From Eledone cirrhosa (Eukaryota): a stretch of DNA of 64,000 bases. The DNA lies in contig OZ024742.1 in the NCBI GenBank assembly GCA_964016885.1, forward strand, positions 67,766,001 to 67,830,000, read 5' to 3'. The position numbers and the translations under genes are program-made. Below are positions 1-14,159 of the stretch, piece after piece; position 1 is the stretch's first letter, and each line of letters opens with the position of its first letter. Below the pieces are notes generated by a model. That model ran no database searches and had not been told where the DNA came from. It worked only from the letters and a program-made list of their open reading frames with translations.

Positions 1-1200
1 TCACAGAAATGAGCCGAAGGAAAACTATGCCTGAAAGTTCCGGCGTATGTGGTGAATGCGTACATAACGTCCGTCCTTCTATTACCACCTGACCGTCGTG
101 TCATGCCTCCGTTCACACCTCACCAAATTGGAACGCCTGCTCTTCAATTTTTTGTGGAAATGACAGGTTCCGTTTGTGTGATGCTCTATCAGTTGCCAGC
201 TCAATCTAGGCAGAGGGCTGGGCATGCCGAAGCAGATGATGCGCAAACATGCATCGGTGGCTACGGCATCTTTAGATATTCTTAAACCGTGAACAGGTGT
301 AGTCGCTGTTTGCACAGCTCGTCTCTTTGACTGACCTGCAGTCATGGATCTAGAGACTGAGAGTAGGGCCTGATATCTGGAATGTTGCCCGGTGTTCATT
401 GCCCTCTATGAGGCGAGCAATGCAGTCATTGGAACTTCCACGTTCGAGTTATATAGAGGATTAGTGGTGGACCAGTGTGACGACGAACTCGGAGAGGCTC
501 TTGGCGTCACCGAAATAGAACTGACTTGTCCGTTCCGGATGACTTTCGAGCTAGGGACTATAAACAACTTCCAGATATACCTCACTTAGCAGTGCTGCCG
601 AGGAGCACTACCGATTTGAGATAAAGTCTACAGGCACGGAAGTGCGGTCAGGCGGACTAGTCCGAGATGCATGAGGAGCGGCGAAGGTGTTCTGCACGCA
701 CTCGTCCAGTGAGCATGGAAGTTGTGGAATTACGTCGAACAGCCGTTATTGCGTGTGGGACTGATCCGGCTATCGACCGAGTCCATCGTGAAAATCGTCC
801 CACCACCTCTTTTTGGTCAGGAAGGACAGGCAGTTTTTTTACTTGGTGGCTGTATCGAAAGAGGTTGAGTGGTGGAAGAGGCTGAAAAGACTGAAGACAG
901 ATACTTTTCTCTTCGGACAATCCCTCATCAACTTTTCGGCGTTTTACTTGGAAAGGAAGGTGACGGTGGAGAAGCAAATGCCCCCCCCCCCTCTTCCCAG
1001 TACATTTTCTAAAAGGTTGGTGAATGTAGCGAGGATGGCACATGGGAATGGGTCAACTCTGACTATGCACCTGTAAGGTGGCTGATTTGAAGGGGAGATG
1101 TGTTTCCTCCTCGTGTACTCTCGAATGGTTCAGGATTGGTGAGGTTCCTGCGTCTCCCTTGTGTGGTCCTCTTCCTATTGAGGAATTTCCATTGTTGTAC
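1..1200 (-). mobile_element. Degenerate GC-richer retroelement-like remnant (possibly non-LTR ORF1), truncated by window start
   Basis: Markedly higher GC than flanks and broken reading frames; no diagnostic motif recognised with certainty. Confidence 0.25.
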
Positions 1201-1340
1201 TTCATTGTTTATTGACATTGTTTTATATTGTTTACTCTATTTTATTGTAAACCCCCACTATCCCTGTCAATTGTATTGTCGTCTATATATTGTTGCAAAT
1301 AAAGAAGTTAGTATTATTATTATTAATGTGATAAATATAA

Positions 1341-1513
1341 GGGCAGTGGATTGGCCGTATCGGTAGAGGGTTGGACGCAATGTTATGTGGCATAGAGTTA
1401 CGGCCCTTTATGATCTGAGATCAAATCCCGCCGAGGTTACCTTTGCCTTTCATCCTACGGGGTCGATAAAATAATCGACTTTCCCCTCCCCCAAAATTGC
1501 TGGCCTTGTGCCA
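1341..1513 (+). mobile_element. tRNA-derived SINE with Meta-like central domain
   Basis: Box-A-like TGGCCGTATCGG, box-B-like GAGATCAAATCC, then CTTTGCCTTTCATCCTACGGGGTCGATAAAATAA; 5 related copies in the window. Confidence 0.85.
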
Positions 1514-2171
1514 TTATTAATGTGATATACATTATTATTACACATATAGTAATAATTATTAATTTCAATATATAATAAGCAATGTATATCGCTAATTAAT
1601 TAGTACGTCCGGACAAGTTATTTTCCCGCTACCATATGACGTAGAAATGATCCCGTCGAATCTATCCCCGACACTGCAGGTTCTCCTTCCCGTCGACACA
1701 TTCATATGATATGTCTTTCTACAGGTTGAACATGATATTTGCATGTAGCTTCTTTATCAAAGCAATATGATAAAGTAGAAGCTACGCTATATATAGTCCT
1801 GGAAGAACCAAACTACTGCTTGCACCTGTTGAAATCTACCGTATATAGTAACAATTGCTACCAGAATATTTCTGTTGTCACCTGACATGTTGTTTATCTC
1901 TTGTGAACGGAAAATTAAAGATAGCTAGATGGATCATATCGCTATTTACGTATAGTAAATAAGAAAGCCGTGAAATATATGTGGGGACAAAAATAGATAG
2001 CTGATAAGATATAATTGAAAATATCAGATGAAACTAACTGAGTTCAGGGAAGAAAGAGTAAAAAAGATATGTATTAGGATTGGAATATAACTAGTGTTAA
2101 TAATTTCCTGGTTTCCGATACTTCTACTCGGTAGAGACTCGTGACAAAAATAACACTTCGAAAACACAAGT

Positions 2172-3140
<969 letters not shown>

Positions 3141-3602
3141 ACCTAAGTACGCACACACCATACAAACTGACAAGCATATACAGCCCCACACAGAGCTATG
3201 CATGTCAATATCCATATATCTGTCGATGGTGGTAGACATAATATGTAATAGAAATGTTGTATTCATGTAATTGTGTATGTTTTATATGTGTGCTGTTAAC
3301 ATATCCGTGTAAAAAGATCAATGACATGTAATCGCAATCATCATCTTTCGTGGCAGACCACCTCGTGCAATCTAACATGCAGCGATGTAATGAGCAAGTA
3401 GGGGGTGCTATGAGATAATCCGATATTGATAGAAATCAATACGCAGACTGTACGCTATTCTTTGAAGCGAAAAACTTGAAATGGTTTGTGCAGGGGGGGT
3501 GGGGGGGTGCAGTGACTGGGGTCTGTCTGTATCGTGTACATTCAGAATCCTGCGTTTTACATCTGCGTGTAATAAGCATGTTCTCTAATTTCACTGATAA
3601 AA

Positions 3603-3680
<78 letters not shown>

Positions 3681-3917
3681 TTCGTTTCTATATATATATG
3701 TATATATATATATTTCGTTTTAGCAAGATTCTTTATCTGGAAACGTGTGTTGAAACCGATATTGTTATGCTTTGGGAGGGTCATGTTGCCAATAAGAAAC
3801 ACACGCACCAGTAACTTTCACTTCAATTTATTATAATTTAAATTTATAAATTTAGGATTTATAAATTTTCGGTTGGTTGGTTGGTTGGTTCCACAACGAG
3901 ACGATTGTTCATATATT

Positions 3918-3960
3918 GTCAAAGTTCTTTCGTCACACATTTTGTGACCTCATCAGTGAC
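3918..3960 (-). ncRNA. Minimal type I hammerhead ribozyme in PLE pLTR
   Basis: Minus strand: GTCA-CTGATGA-G GTCAC aaaatgt GTGAC-GAAA-GAAC-TT-TGAC; degenerate paralogue at ~33643-33686. Confidence 0.8.
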
Positions 3961-4539
3961 CGGAATTCTTTTCTTTTTTTTGTGCCTCTCCTTTGTTCTG
4001 TCCTACGCCATCTTCTTTTTGTGTGTGTTGTGTGCTTAGTTTTCGCATGTGTTCTATCCGGGTGTCTGTGTGTGTTTATATTTGTTGATTTATTTGTTTA
4101 TTTATATGTTACTGGTTGGTTGTTTGTTCTATGTGTGTGTGTGTTTTCATTTTGTCCTTAATTGTAAGTTCTTAATTGTAACAGCAACATAACATCTTAC
4201 AATTAAGGACAAAATGAAAACACGCACACACATTGAACAAACAGTAGTAACACTCCCAGACCCCTATCCGTCACCACCCCCGGTAGAAGGTCCCGCATAC
4301 CCCACCGGTCTAATACCTACAACGCCGAAGACCACTGTGCTGCGGAGCATAGGCACCCCTGCACCGGCCCCACCACCCGCCGAACCCTAATTGAGCAGGG
4401 AGGCCGCACCTCGCAGGTTTATAGCCCCACGGTGGGCCCATATAACCCTCATAATAGTGACCGCTCCGCACACCCGAGTAACACCAACCGAGCTCGACCT
4501 GAGCTGTGCACAACCACGCGATTGCCCACGGCGGACACC

Positions 4540-5370
4540 CAACAACCCCGCAAGAATAGGACCAGGAAGGTCACATGGTATAACCCTCCGTACTCGGTGG
4601 GCCTACGTACCAGCCTGGCTAGAACATTCTTTAGAGTACTGGATAAATGTTTCCTTAGGGCCCACAAGTACCATAAATATTCAACAGGCACACGGTGAAA
4701 CTTTCCTACTCAACCACACGCTCCGTAGTCCAGCACATAGCTGGCATAAATAGGAATAGGCTCACTGCTTCTAATACCACCCTAAACCCAGGAGCCATCC
4801 AACAAAACCAGCACGCGAGACGCAACGGATCCCGGACAGGCCCAACTAGCACACCGGGGCCCAACAACCCTGTGCTGATTACGGCGGCTACCCAGCCAAC
4901 CCCGAGTGATGGTAACCACGCGGTACATGTGGTAGGGGTTAAGAAGTCATGTAATTGCAGAGACCGATCACTATGCCCCCTTAGTAATGAATGCATGACG
5001 AAAAACGCGGTCTACAGGTGCAAGGTCACAACTCCTAACTTGGAGTACCACTACATAGGATCCACGGAGACGAGCTTCAAAGATCGGTGGTATAACAATC
5101 GCCATTCCTTTAACAGAATAGATAAGAGGAAATGTACGGCCCTTTCTGAATTGATCTGGAAGCTCAAACTTGAAAAGACTCGCACTGTCTGGTCTGGTCC
5201 GTGGTTAGAAAGGTTCCCCCAGACAGAGGCGGGTCTGGTATTTGCAACCTCTGTCTTAGTGAGACACTTGAGGTTCTTCATCGCGGAACCAAGCTATTAA
5301 ACAGAAGGGCCGACTTATTCGGTACCTGCAGACACCTATGGACGGGAACTTTCCTCAAGCCTATATGGAT
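4540..5370 (+). pseudogene. PLE RT-thumb/linker + GIY-YIG endonuclease, frameshifted
   Basis: ORFs 4432-4698, 4695-5300 and 5201-5524 join into one continuous PLE C-terminus across two frameshifts. Confidence 0.9.
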
Positions 5371-6459
5371 AATCCCCGCTTACAGCCTCCCACAACGCCT
5401 CCCCCCACCCTGTAGGTACCCTACACCCCGTACCACTGACCATTGGACAGCAACAACCACCCATAGTTTGTGGTCCCTATGGTGGATGGTCCACCGGATC
5501 CTCTACTGGTTAGGAGTCATCTAAACCACGTTTTATTGAACCTGATTTTATATATATATGTATGTATCATGTGTATATTTATGTATATTTTATGTGTATA
5601 TATATGTGTACTTTATATATATATGTATGTATATATATGTATATATTTTATATGTATATGTATATGTGTGTGTATTTTATATATATATATATATATATGT
5701 ATGGTTTATGTGTGTATATAATTTATGTATGTGTGTATTTTATGTATATATATATATTTTTATATTTTTATATATATGTATGTTCTGTGTATATATGTGT
5801 ATGTTATATATATATATATGTATGCTTGTGCGTACATACATGCATACGTGTATATATATGCACCCCTGTATAGATTTGTGTGTGTAGATGTGTGTGTGTC
5901 TGAGGTGGTAGGTGTGAGCGTATGTACAAGTCAACCAGCATAAACCTTTTATTTCTAAATTTTCTAAATTATCTAAGTATTGGACTCTAACCATTATATT
6001 AAGTATTACCACCTCACAGTTTGTATGTGTGGATGTGTGTGTGTGTATATGGAGTTGGGTGTGAGTGTAGTGCAAGCCAACCTACATAAGTCTTTTTATT
6101 TTTATTTGTAAATTTTCTACTCCAACCATACATTTCAGTAGCACCACTCAATTTAAGAATGATCTATAGTATCTATTCATACTGTTAACCTTAATTGAAT
6201 ATATATCTGACCAGGAATGCCTTTTGTGAAAATCAGTCATATGGAACTATTGTCATCTTGCCTGACGGTTTGAACTTTACAAAACCACCTGCCTCTTTGA
6301 GGTCAAATACCAACCCTACTAGCATCTACAAACTGACCAATGAGAATCAAGACTATTCCTGCTAACAACATTAATTTATTCCTAACAAGCTCATATGTCC
6401 CAAGGCCCTGATACCATCAACACTATAAACACAGAGCTGGCATATCTAAGAACCGACTA

Positions 6460-6515
6460 ACTGCCTGATGAGGTCATAGCCATTCTATGGCTATCATCGA
6501 AATATATATAGCAGT
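6460..6515 (+). ncRNA. Type I hammerhead ribozyme
   Basis: ACTGC-CTGATGA-..ATAGCCAT tct ATGGCTAT..-GAAA-TATATA-TA-GCAGT, followed by AATAAA. Confidence 0.88.
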
Positions 6516-6556
6516 AAATAAAGGATTATGAGTTCATGCAATTGCCTTATGTTTCG

Positions 6557-6597
<41 letters not shown>

Positions 6598-6612
6598 AAA
6601 AAAAGAAAAAAG

Positions 6613-7036
6613 TTTCGCTCTACATGGCTGAATACAATAAATGTAATCTGAGTTTTTCGAATATTAATAATAATATTTGATTCGTTTGCAATTATGCAAA
6701 CAAGCCTCATTTTTTAAGCCATTAGAATGAGCCCTCATTCTTGCTCTCTTGTTGGCATATAAAGGGAACTTCATATCTTTGAAAATATTATATATTTTCA
6801 GTAGCTCTGACAGTTGGCAGGTGAATAGTGAACTGTACTGTAACATAAGTGAACTGTAACATAAGTGTCTGCAGTTCTGTTTACATGCCAACGCAAGAGC
6901 AATAATGAGGGGTTCATTCTCCTCACATGGCTTTAAAAATGAGGCTTGTTTGCATAATTGCAAACGAATCGAATATTATTATAAATATTCGAAAAGCTCA
7001 GATTACATATATTGTATTCAGCCATGTAGAGCGAAA
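6613..7036. repeat. Inverted repeat (arms 6613-6758 / 6885-7036); ORF-less PLE pLTR fold-back with deleted HHR core
   Basis: Arms are reverse complements (TTTCGCTCTACATGGCTGAATACAAT... / ...ATTGTATTCAGCCATGTAGAGCGAAA); same family as 14880-15338. Confidence 0.85.
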
Positions 7037-8476
7037 TTTTTTTTTTTTTTTTAAAATATAGTAAAGCCGGCTATTAATCGCTCGTATACAGGAACCTGAC
7101 TGGCGAGTTTGCTGATATGCAAATCTGGTTGATCAGTGGATCTGCTAATATGCAGAGCTGACTGATCAGCCAGTCTGCTAATATGCAAATCAGGCCGATT
7201 AGTCACTGCATATTTTAGAAAATATATATTTTCACCAGCTCTGACAGTTGGCAGATGAACAGTGAGCTGTACTGATGAAGAAAAACGGCCATGCTTCAAC
7301 CTTTGAGAAATGTTTAATCGACCAACTTCAATATTTCCACGTATTTACAGTAACCCGAAGGGTGGTTTTCTGCTAGCATGTGTAGTGTGTATATTGATAT
7401 TATACACAAATATATATGCATGTAGATATGATACATCAAATAAAATCGTAATTGACAAAGAAATTGAACGAAGTCTATGTTACACTGTCTTCTGTCATCA
7501 GTAAAGTAATCCATGATACATTAAAAAACGACGATATTACATATAAACTGCATTAGGAACAAATTAGCGATGGAAATATATGCGACATTTTTATAAGTGT
7601 TATAATATAACGGCCGCTAACCGGAAGTGTTGACATTTAAACATTTTAAAGAAGTGAATCTTTAAATAAGCTATAAAATATAGTTAATCAACAGCCACGA
7701 AATTTAGTACATAAATTATGTAATATTCCTTCATTATTTATTCAAAGTAATCCAACTTATTTTACAAACGAGGTAAAAAAAATATTCTGGACGCAGACCC
7801 GCACTCCTTTCTTTATTATAGTTTAGATGATGACCTCTGCCGAAATCAGATATCGGTGAGTGGTTTACATTTCCGATCAACGTAAAAGTCACATTCAAGC
7901 TTTTGAATATTCCACAGTGATCTATACTGATTAAATGATTCTCAGAGAAATTCACTGTGATATTATATGACAGGTTAAGCCTTTCATGTACAGTGTATCA
8001 GATTTCGTATACATAATGTTCTTCATGTTCCATGCCTCTTTATGCATATCTGGTTGGTTAAAACGGTCCCTTATGATTTACGGGAACATATTTTTATTAC
8101 GTTTAGAAAATTCTATTTGTCAATATTACCCAATTCATTTTCTGTAGTGTTTATATTTCGATGGTTGGGAATTAGCTAAGAGACATATTTTGTGGCCTTC
8201 TAATTCACCAGGTATTTTGTACTCGTATAATAATATCAGAAGCTAATTTTGATTTTTTGTTAAACAAATTATAATTTCATTTTCTCATACATTTTTAGGA
8301 TATTTTGAGGATTATATATTTTATGTGGAACAGTTGCTCTAATTTGGGATTTATTACATTGGGTGTCTCTAAAGCATTTGAATGACATATCTAAAAGATA
8401 TAATTCATAAATCATTCATTTTTAACTCCTCCATTCTCTCTGCCTCTGTCACCTCTCTCTCGCTCTCTCTCTCGGT

Positions 8477-8580
<104 letters not shown>

Positions 8581-9013
8581 GATTGAGTTAGAAACTCAAA
8601 GTGGTCTTTTACAATTAAATAGCTCAAGGAAGGGAATCTTTCCGAGCCGTATAATACAATTGAATATATGAGAGGGATGAATATCGATATTAGAATACAT
8701 GTGTTCGAATTGCAAATGACCAAGTTAGCTAGGTTGAAAAAATACTAATTTAAAACAATATGTTTTGCCTCTCTCGATTTATATATACATAACTCTGAAA
8801 ACTGAATAGATCTAGAACAAACAAAATGCTATCCACCAAATGAGACCACAGATTTTACTATGCTGTAAATATCAAAGACAACTGTGAAGGAAACACCTAT
8901 GCAATGGTTGGGATATGATCCAGTTATTATGCCCCTTATATTTCGTAAGTCATCCGCCGAACTAGTATCCATATATATATATATTGAAAATTGCAAACTT
9001 GACTGTCACCTTA

Positions 9014-9052
9014 TGAACCTGAAGATTGCGAAAGCATGAAAGTACTTGTTCA
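9014..9052 (+). ncRNA. Ultra-minimal type I hammerhead ribozyme (39 nt)
   Basis: TGAAC-CTGAAGA-T TGC GAAA GCA T-GAAA-GTAC-TT-GTTCA; GNRA-capped stem II and palindromic GTAC loop III. Confidence 0.8.
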
Positions 9053-9197
9053 ATTAATACTTAACATTTAATATTCCACTATACTATTTCATTCTAATAC
9101 CATTATAAATTTTAAAGGATTGTAAATAAAACGAGTAAATCAGACAAAGTTGGAATTCCTTTTATTAATATAATCTTCTATACACACCCGTGTATAT

Positions 9198-9275
<78 letters not shown>

Positions 9276-9283
<8 letters not shown>

Positions 9284-10041
9284 TAAAATAACAGATTAAA
9301 GTTTAAGCAAAGAATCGCTGCTTCCACCCTTAACGGGATCTTCTGAAACTAACAAAGTCAATCTGTAAACGCAGAAGTGGATATTTCAAAAAACGTTGCA
9401 ACCGGAGGAAGAGAGGAAGACGAAACTTTGGTTCGTGGAAACGTTCCCTATGCAAATAAGTAATGGTATAAACAAAACATATACTTAGCTACCACATCAA
9501 GACGTAAAATATCCACGAATAGATCGTACTATCCGTTAGGGTATAACGTGGGGCTGTAATACAGGAAAGTTTTGTGCAATTTATGTTTACAAGCCGAAAT
9601 TGCCTCAGAATTTTTGTTTAAGATGTGGTCTGTGGCGTAGAGTATTTCCAGCGGCGCAGAGGTCACATGGTCTTTTATTTCCGTTATACGGTCTAGCCCT
9701 AGCTAGGATCTCCCAGTGTAACTTATATTGGGTGTGGTCGTCTTTTAGACTCCAGATAAAAGCTGAGAGTGACGTCATATTCCTAGGGAACGTTTCCACG
9801 AACCAAAGTATCGTCTTCCTCTCTTCCTCCGGTTGCAACGTATTTTGAAATATCCACTTCTGCGTTTACAGATTGACTTTGTTAGTTTCAGAAGATCCCG
9901 TTAAGGGTGAAAGCAGCGATTCTTTGCTTAAACTTTAATCTGTTATTTTAATAAATATTTGCTCTACGGTTCTTATATAATTGATATATATTTATCCTTA
10001 TCGAGCCTTCTTTGGATTTTAGTCTTCAAATTTATTATTAT

Positions 10042-10045
<4 letters not shown>
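9276..10045 (-). mobile_element. Severely 5'-truncated PLE: GIY-YIG C-terminus flanked by inverted pLTRs (9276-9450 / 9784-9958, plus tail)
   Basis: TSLSAFIWSLKD..YKLHWEILARARPY..CDLC on the minus strand; ~175-bp inverted arms; (TA)n on both sides. Confidence 0.88.
9884..9934 (+). ncRNA. HHR-like motif with variant core CAGAAGA
   Basis: AGTTT-CAGAAGA-T CCC gttaa GGG T-GAAA-GCA..TGC-TT-AAACT; copies at 9300-9350 (-) and 47143-47193 (-). Confidence 0.6.
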
Positions 10046-10079
<34 letters not shown>

Positions 10080-10212
10080 GAATACATGTATATATATAAA
10101 CATATGGTTATATACATATATATATATATATATATAATTGGTGTTGGATGCTCAAAACGTCCGTATGCGGTAGGCCGTATGAGCATTCGATACCTCCATA
10201 GAGCAGAGTATG

Positions 10213-10515
10213 ATATCACAGAACAAAGAGAATCAGTGTTGCGATGAAAGGAATTTATTGGACATATTACAATTGTTGCTATGGCGATCAGCTCATGGCA
10301 CGATCGATGTGGTGATCAAACCTGACTCTGAAATCGCATGGTCCTTTATGAAAATCTACTTCGTAGAATCGAGAAGTATCCGAGAACCGCGCAATTTCAG
10401 AGTCAGGTTTGATCACCACATCGATTGTGCTTTGAGCTGGTCGCCCGAGAAACAATTGTAATATGTCCAGTAAATTCCTTTCGTCGCAAAACTCATTCTC
10501 TTTTTTCTGTGATAT
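10213..10515. repeat. Inverted repeat (10213-10337 / 10391-10515); pLTR fold-back retaining the 3' half of an HHR
   Basis: Arms are reverse complementary; right arm contains GAAA-CAATTG-TA; abuts (TA)n. Confidence 0.8.
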
Positions 10516-10792
10516 ATATATATATATATATATATGTACGTATGAGCGTGTGTGTGTGTGTCTGTGCGTGTATGTGTATATAAAGAGAAGGGGGGAGAGA
10601 GAGAAAGCAAGAGGTAGAAGGAGAGGGTTAGAATTAGGAAGAAAAAGGGTTTGTAAGAGAATTATCCATACGTTCATTATATTCATAATTCCATTATATT
10701 ATATATATGAAACTAGCTACAGAAACTGCAACAGCTCAGCCGTCGGGTCCCGAATTTTTATAATGTATATATATTTACACACACACACACAT

Positions 10793-10932
<140 letters not shown>

Positions 10933-11183
10933 ATATATATATATATATTAAATATACAGTATATTGCCAAATATACTATATATACATTCATAAATATATA
11001 TATATATATTTATTTATATTTAAGAGTTAAACAAGATTTAATGAGTACATCAAAGAATGAGTTTTACAATAGATTGGAAGCACTCTACACGCAATATTTT
11101 CCAGAGTTATTAATATTAATTCCAATGACACATATAAACGAAATTCTATAAATTCCAGTAATTATAATTCAAACACCTGTACT

Positions 11184-11892
11184 GTGAATAAATCGGGGAA
11201 AAGAACCAGAAATAATCAGTTATATGGTTTCTCCCCTGCTTCTGTAGCACTAAGAACACCAATAGCTAATCTATTCTTTAAAGCTTTGGATAGCTCATTC
11301 CCTAGTCAACATAAATTCCATTCCATTTTTAATAGATACACTATTAAATTATCTTATTCTACAACTATGAATATGGCCGAAAACATCGCTAAAATAAACA
11401 GTAAAATTCTAAATCAAAATCAACATAATGATATTAAAAATAGTGTTAATATAAATAATAATAAATCAAAATGTAATTGTAGAAATAAATCAGATTGCCC
11501 TCTGCAAAATAATTGTTTGGATAGAAATTTGGTGTATAAATGCACCGTAAAAACAAATAACAACACATACAACTAGATAGGAGCAATTTCTACATTTAAA
11601 GCAAGATTTGCGAATCATAAATGCTCATTCTCGACTTCTTTATCACAGCTTATATGGTCATTTAAAGACAAAAGTTTAAAATACTCGATCTTTTGGATGA
11701 AGCTTTGTAATAGTGGAGTTTATGTCAACTCTTGTATATCAATTAACTGCAACCGCTGTACAAAGGAGACCCTATTAATAATTTAATAATTATGAAAACT
11801 TAATTAACAAAAAAAGTGAATTATTCTTAAACTGCCTTCATAAAGCTTTGTCTACATTCCAAGCCTGGCAAAAAGTCAGGAAAAAACAGTAA
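11184..11892 (+). pseudogene. PLE linker + GIY-YIG endonuclease remnant
   Basis: ORF 11184-11576, then stop at the YIG tyrosine (N*IGA), FKARFANH, LSQLIW, CNRC.KE, CLH. Confidence 0.85.
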
Positions 11893-12321
11893 GCAATCAA
11901 GTCTGATTTTCGACGTCTATCATCAAATCTTGAACATATAAGTCATAACGGTTTATGAAACTTTAATAATGCTTTATCTTCTAATCATTTATAATGGAAT
12001 TAATGTTTGAATGAATGACACTTTTTGATAACTTGTTTACTTGATAGATATGCATACCCTGTGGTTTTTTGGATATTTTAAACCTTGATTCAGATCTTTA
12101 TTTTTCTGTCTCTATTTTAAAAATATAGTTTACTGATTTTAATTTGAACTGTGGATCATTCATGCGTTTGAATATTTTATATATATATATATTTTACTCA
12201 TTTTGAGATGGTTTTGGGGGACTCAGAAAGTTGGATTTGCGTTTTGCTTTTTTATGTATATTTAACAAACCATAATAGCTGACAAATATTGGTTTATTTC
12301 TCCACTGAACTGGAGGTAAAA

Positions 12322-12702
12322 TTACTAACAATGATTATAATCGCTATATACCTAGTATATCTATATATAGTTTGTACAAATATCTTTATCTATTCTAGGG
12401 TAATAACATAATTGTAGTTAAATTTATATAAAACTACTAACAAAGATTATAATTGTTATTCTTTATTAAATGTATACCGTTTCATTAATACCTAATATAT
12501 ATATATATAGTTTGTACAAATATCTTTATCTAGCGTAATAACATAATCGTAGTTACATTTATATAAAACTAATAACAATGATTATAATTATTATTCTTTA
12601 TTAAATGTATACCGTTTCATTAATATCTAGTATATCTATGTATAGTTTGTACAAATATCTCTATCTAGGGTAATAACATAATCGTAGTTACATTTATATA
12701 AA
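12322..12702 (+). repeat. Tandem repeat, ~3 units of ~135 bp, in PLE 3' UTR
   Basis: TAGTTTGTACAAATATCT..GTAATAACATAAT recurs at ~12368, 12508, 12643. Confidence 0.85.
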
Positions 12703-13581
12703 TAATTTAAACACTCAAATGACATTATTATTAGTGTTTGGTTTTCCCTGGAAGGTCGAACTTATATAATCATTTACTTAATACAATATATGAACAAATA
12801 ATAAACTAAAGTCTTGGTATATTATGATCAATACACATATATATAGCTGAAAACTCTGACCACTTTAAGTTTAATTATAAGACCTGTTAATACTTTAGGC
12901 ACTCTAACTATTTAACAATAAATTCTTTAATAAACTATAAATATCTCATAAATTATATTATAGAAACTGTTGTCAATATTATAAGTAATTTTGGTAAAGA
13001 TTACCTTAGTGGGGATATCGAACATTATATGTATATTTTCTTTCTTTCGCGGGTTTCGTAAATCCTTTATATTTGTCTTCATAAAATTTGTCTTCATAAA
13101 ATTTGTCTTCATAAAATTTGAATTTAACATAATTATATTATAATATTAATACCCATCAACTTTTAAAACCTAAAATTTGATTCTTTACCCTGAAATAGCA
13201 TAAATTAAATATTTTGTAAATTAACCGCCAACTTTATATGAATATGTGTATGTAGAAACTTGAGCATAAATTACTCCCCTTTGTCTCTCTCTGTATTTAT
13301 TCATCTTTCATTTGTCTTCTCTAGCTAAATAATAAATGAGTTATAACATCAGCTACGTCTTCCTCTATGATTTCCTCTCCCGCATATTTCTCTAGTAGTT
13401 TTTTAAATATTAAAAATTCCATAACTGTTAAAATATATTACTCACTCTCTCTCTATTGATTGTATTACGTTTTCTCATGTTCTCAATATTAGGGTATACA
13501 TATTGAGTTTTCTCATAAGTTAATCACTACCTTGATTAAATCTTAACCATCTACCATGTCAGGGTATGACATGTATCATTT

Positions 13582-13648
13582 TATTTTATCTGATGAAGGC
13601 GTACTGTTGAACTTAATTCAGTACCTCTGAAATATGTATAATAAAATA
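13582..13648 (+). ncRNA. Type I hammerhead ribozyme
   Basis: TATTTTAT-CTGATGA-..GTACTG..CAGTAC..-GAAA-TATGTA-TA-ATAAAATA; compensatory change relative to the copy at 59653. Confidence 0.88.
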
Positions 13649-13825
13649 TAATTGATCACAAGAATATCTATCTTGTTAATATTTGGAATTATTATATATG
13701 TATATATATATTTACATATGTATTTTTACATATTCATGTTTACATATATATACACATGTATATATATATATATATACATATTTATATAGATATTTAAATA
13801 TATATATATATATATAGACATTTAA

Positions 13826-13863
<38 letters not shown>

Positions 13864-13878
13864 ATATATATACATATA

Positions 13879-14013
<135 letters not shown>

Positions 14014-14159
14014 TATTTTCCGTAGTGTTGTAATATGAATATTACACACAGTAGATGGACAGCTCACGTAGAGTTTGCTCGACGATTCCAGTTGTAGTTT
14101 CAAAAGTAATCCGGAGAAAATAGAAGGATTTAAATGGATACAGTTCAGTTAAAAGGAAT

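Larger units (their letters stand above)
4244..6560 (+). mobile_element. 5'-truncated Penelope-like element (Naiad-type) with 3' UTR and HHR-bearing pLTR ending at (TA)n
   Basis: Thumb/linker WYNPPYS and KLSYS, Zn linker CNCR..CPL..C, GIY-YIG AVY..YIGSTETSFKDRW, CNLCL.E..LN.R..CRH; HHR at 6460-6515. Confidence 0.9.
11020..13697 (+). mobile_element. 5'-truncated PLE (Naiad-type) with inverted pLTR tail, GIY-YIG remnant, long 3' UTR and HHR
   Basis: FPSQHKFHSIFNRYTIKLSYS, CNCRNKSDCPLQNNCL..LVY; HHR at 13582-13648; 11020-11125 is the reverse complement of the pLTR tail seen at 59755-59858; flanked by (TA)n. Confidence 0.88.

Noticed and set aside
1341-1435. tRNA gene (A/B boxes)
   Set aside because: Head of a SINE present in five copies; no intact cloverleaf.
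7480-7505. Isolated CTGATGA/CTGAAGA matches (also 19031, 29116, 35442, 58540)
   Set aside because: No properly placed GAAA/UH or pairing stems; expected by chance.
7612-7632. ETS-like CCGGAAGT promoter motif
   Set aside because: Single short motif without a CpG-rich context or linked exon.
12322-12702. CRISPR-like repeat array
   Set aside because: Contiguous tandem units without unique spacers; eukaryotic context with no cas genes.
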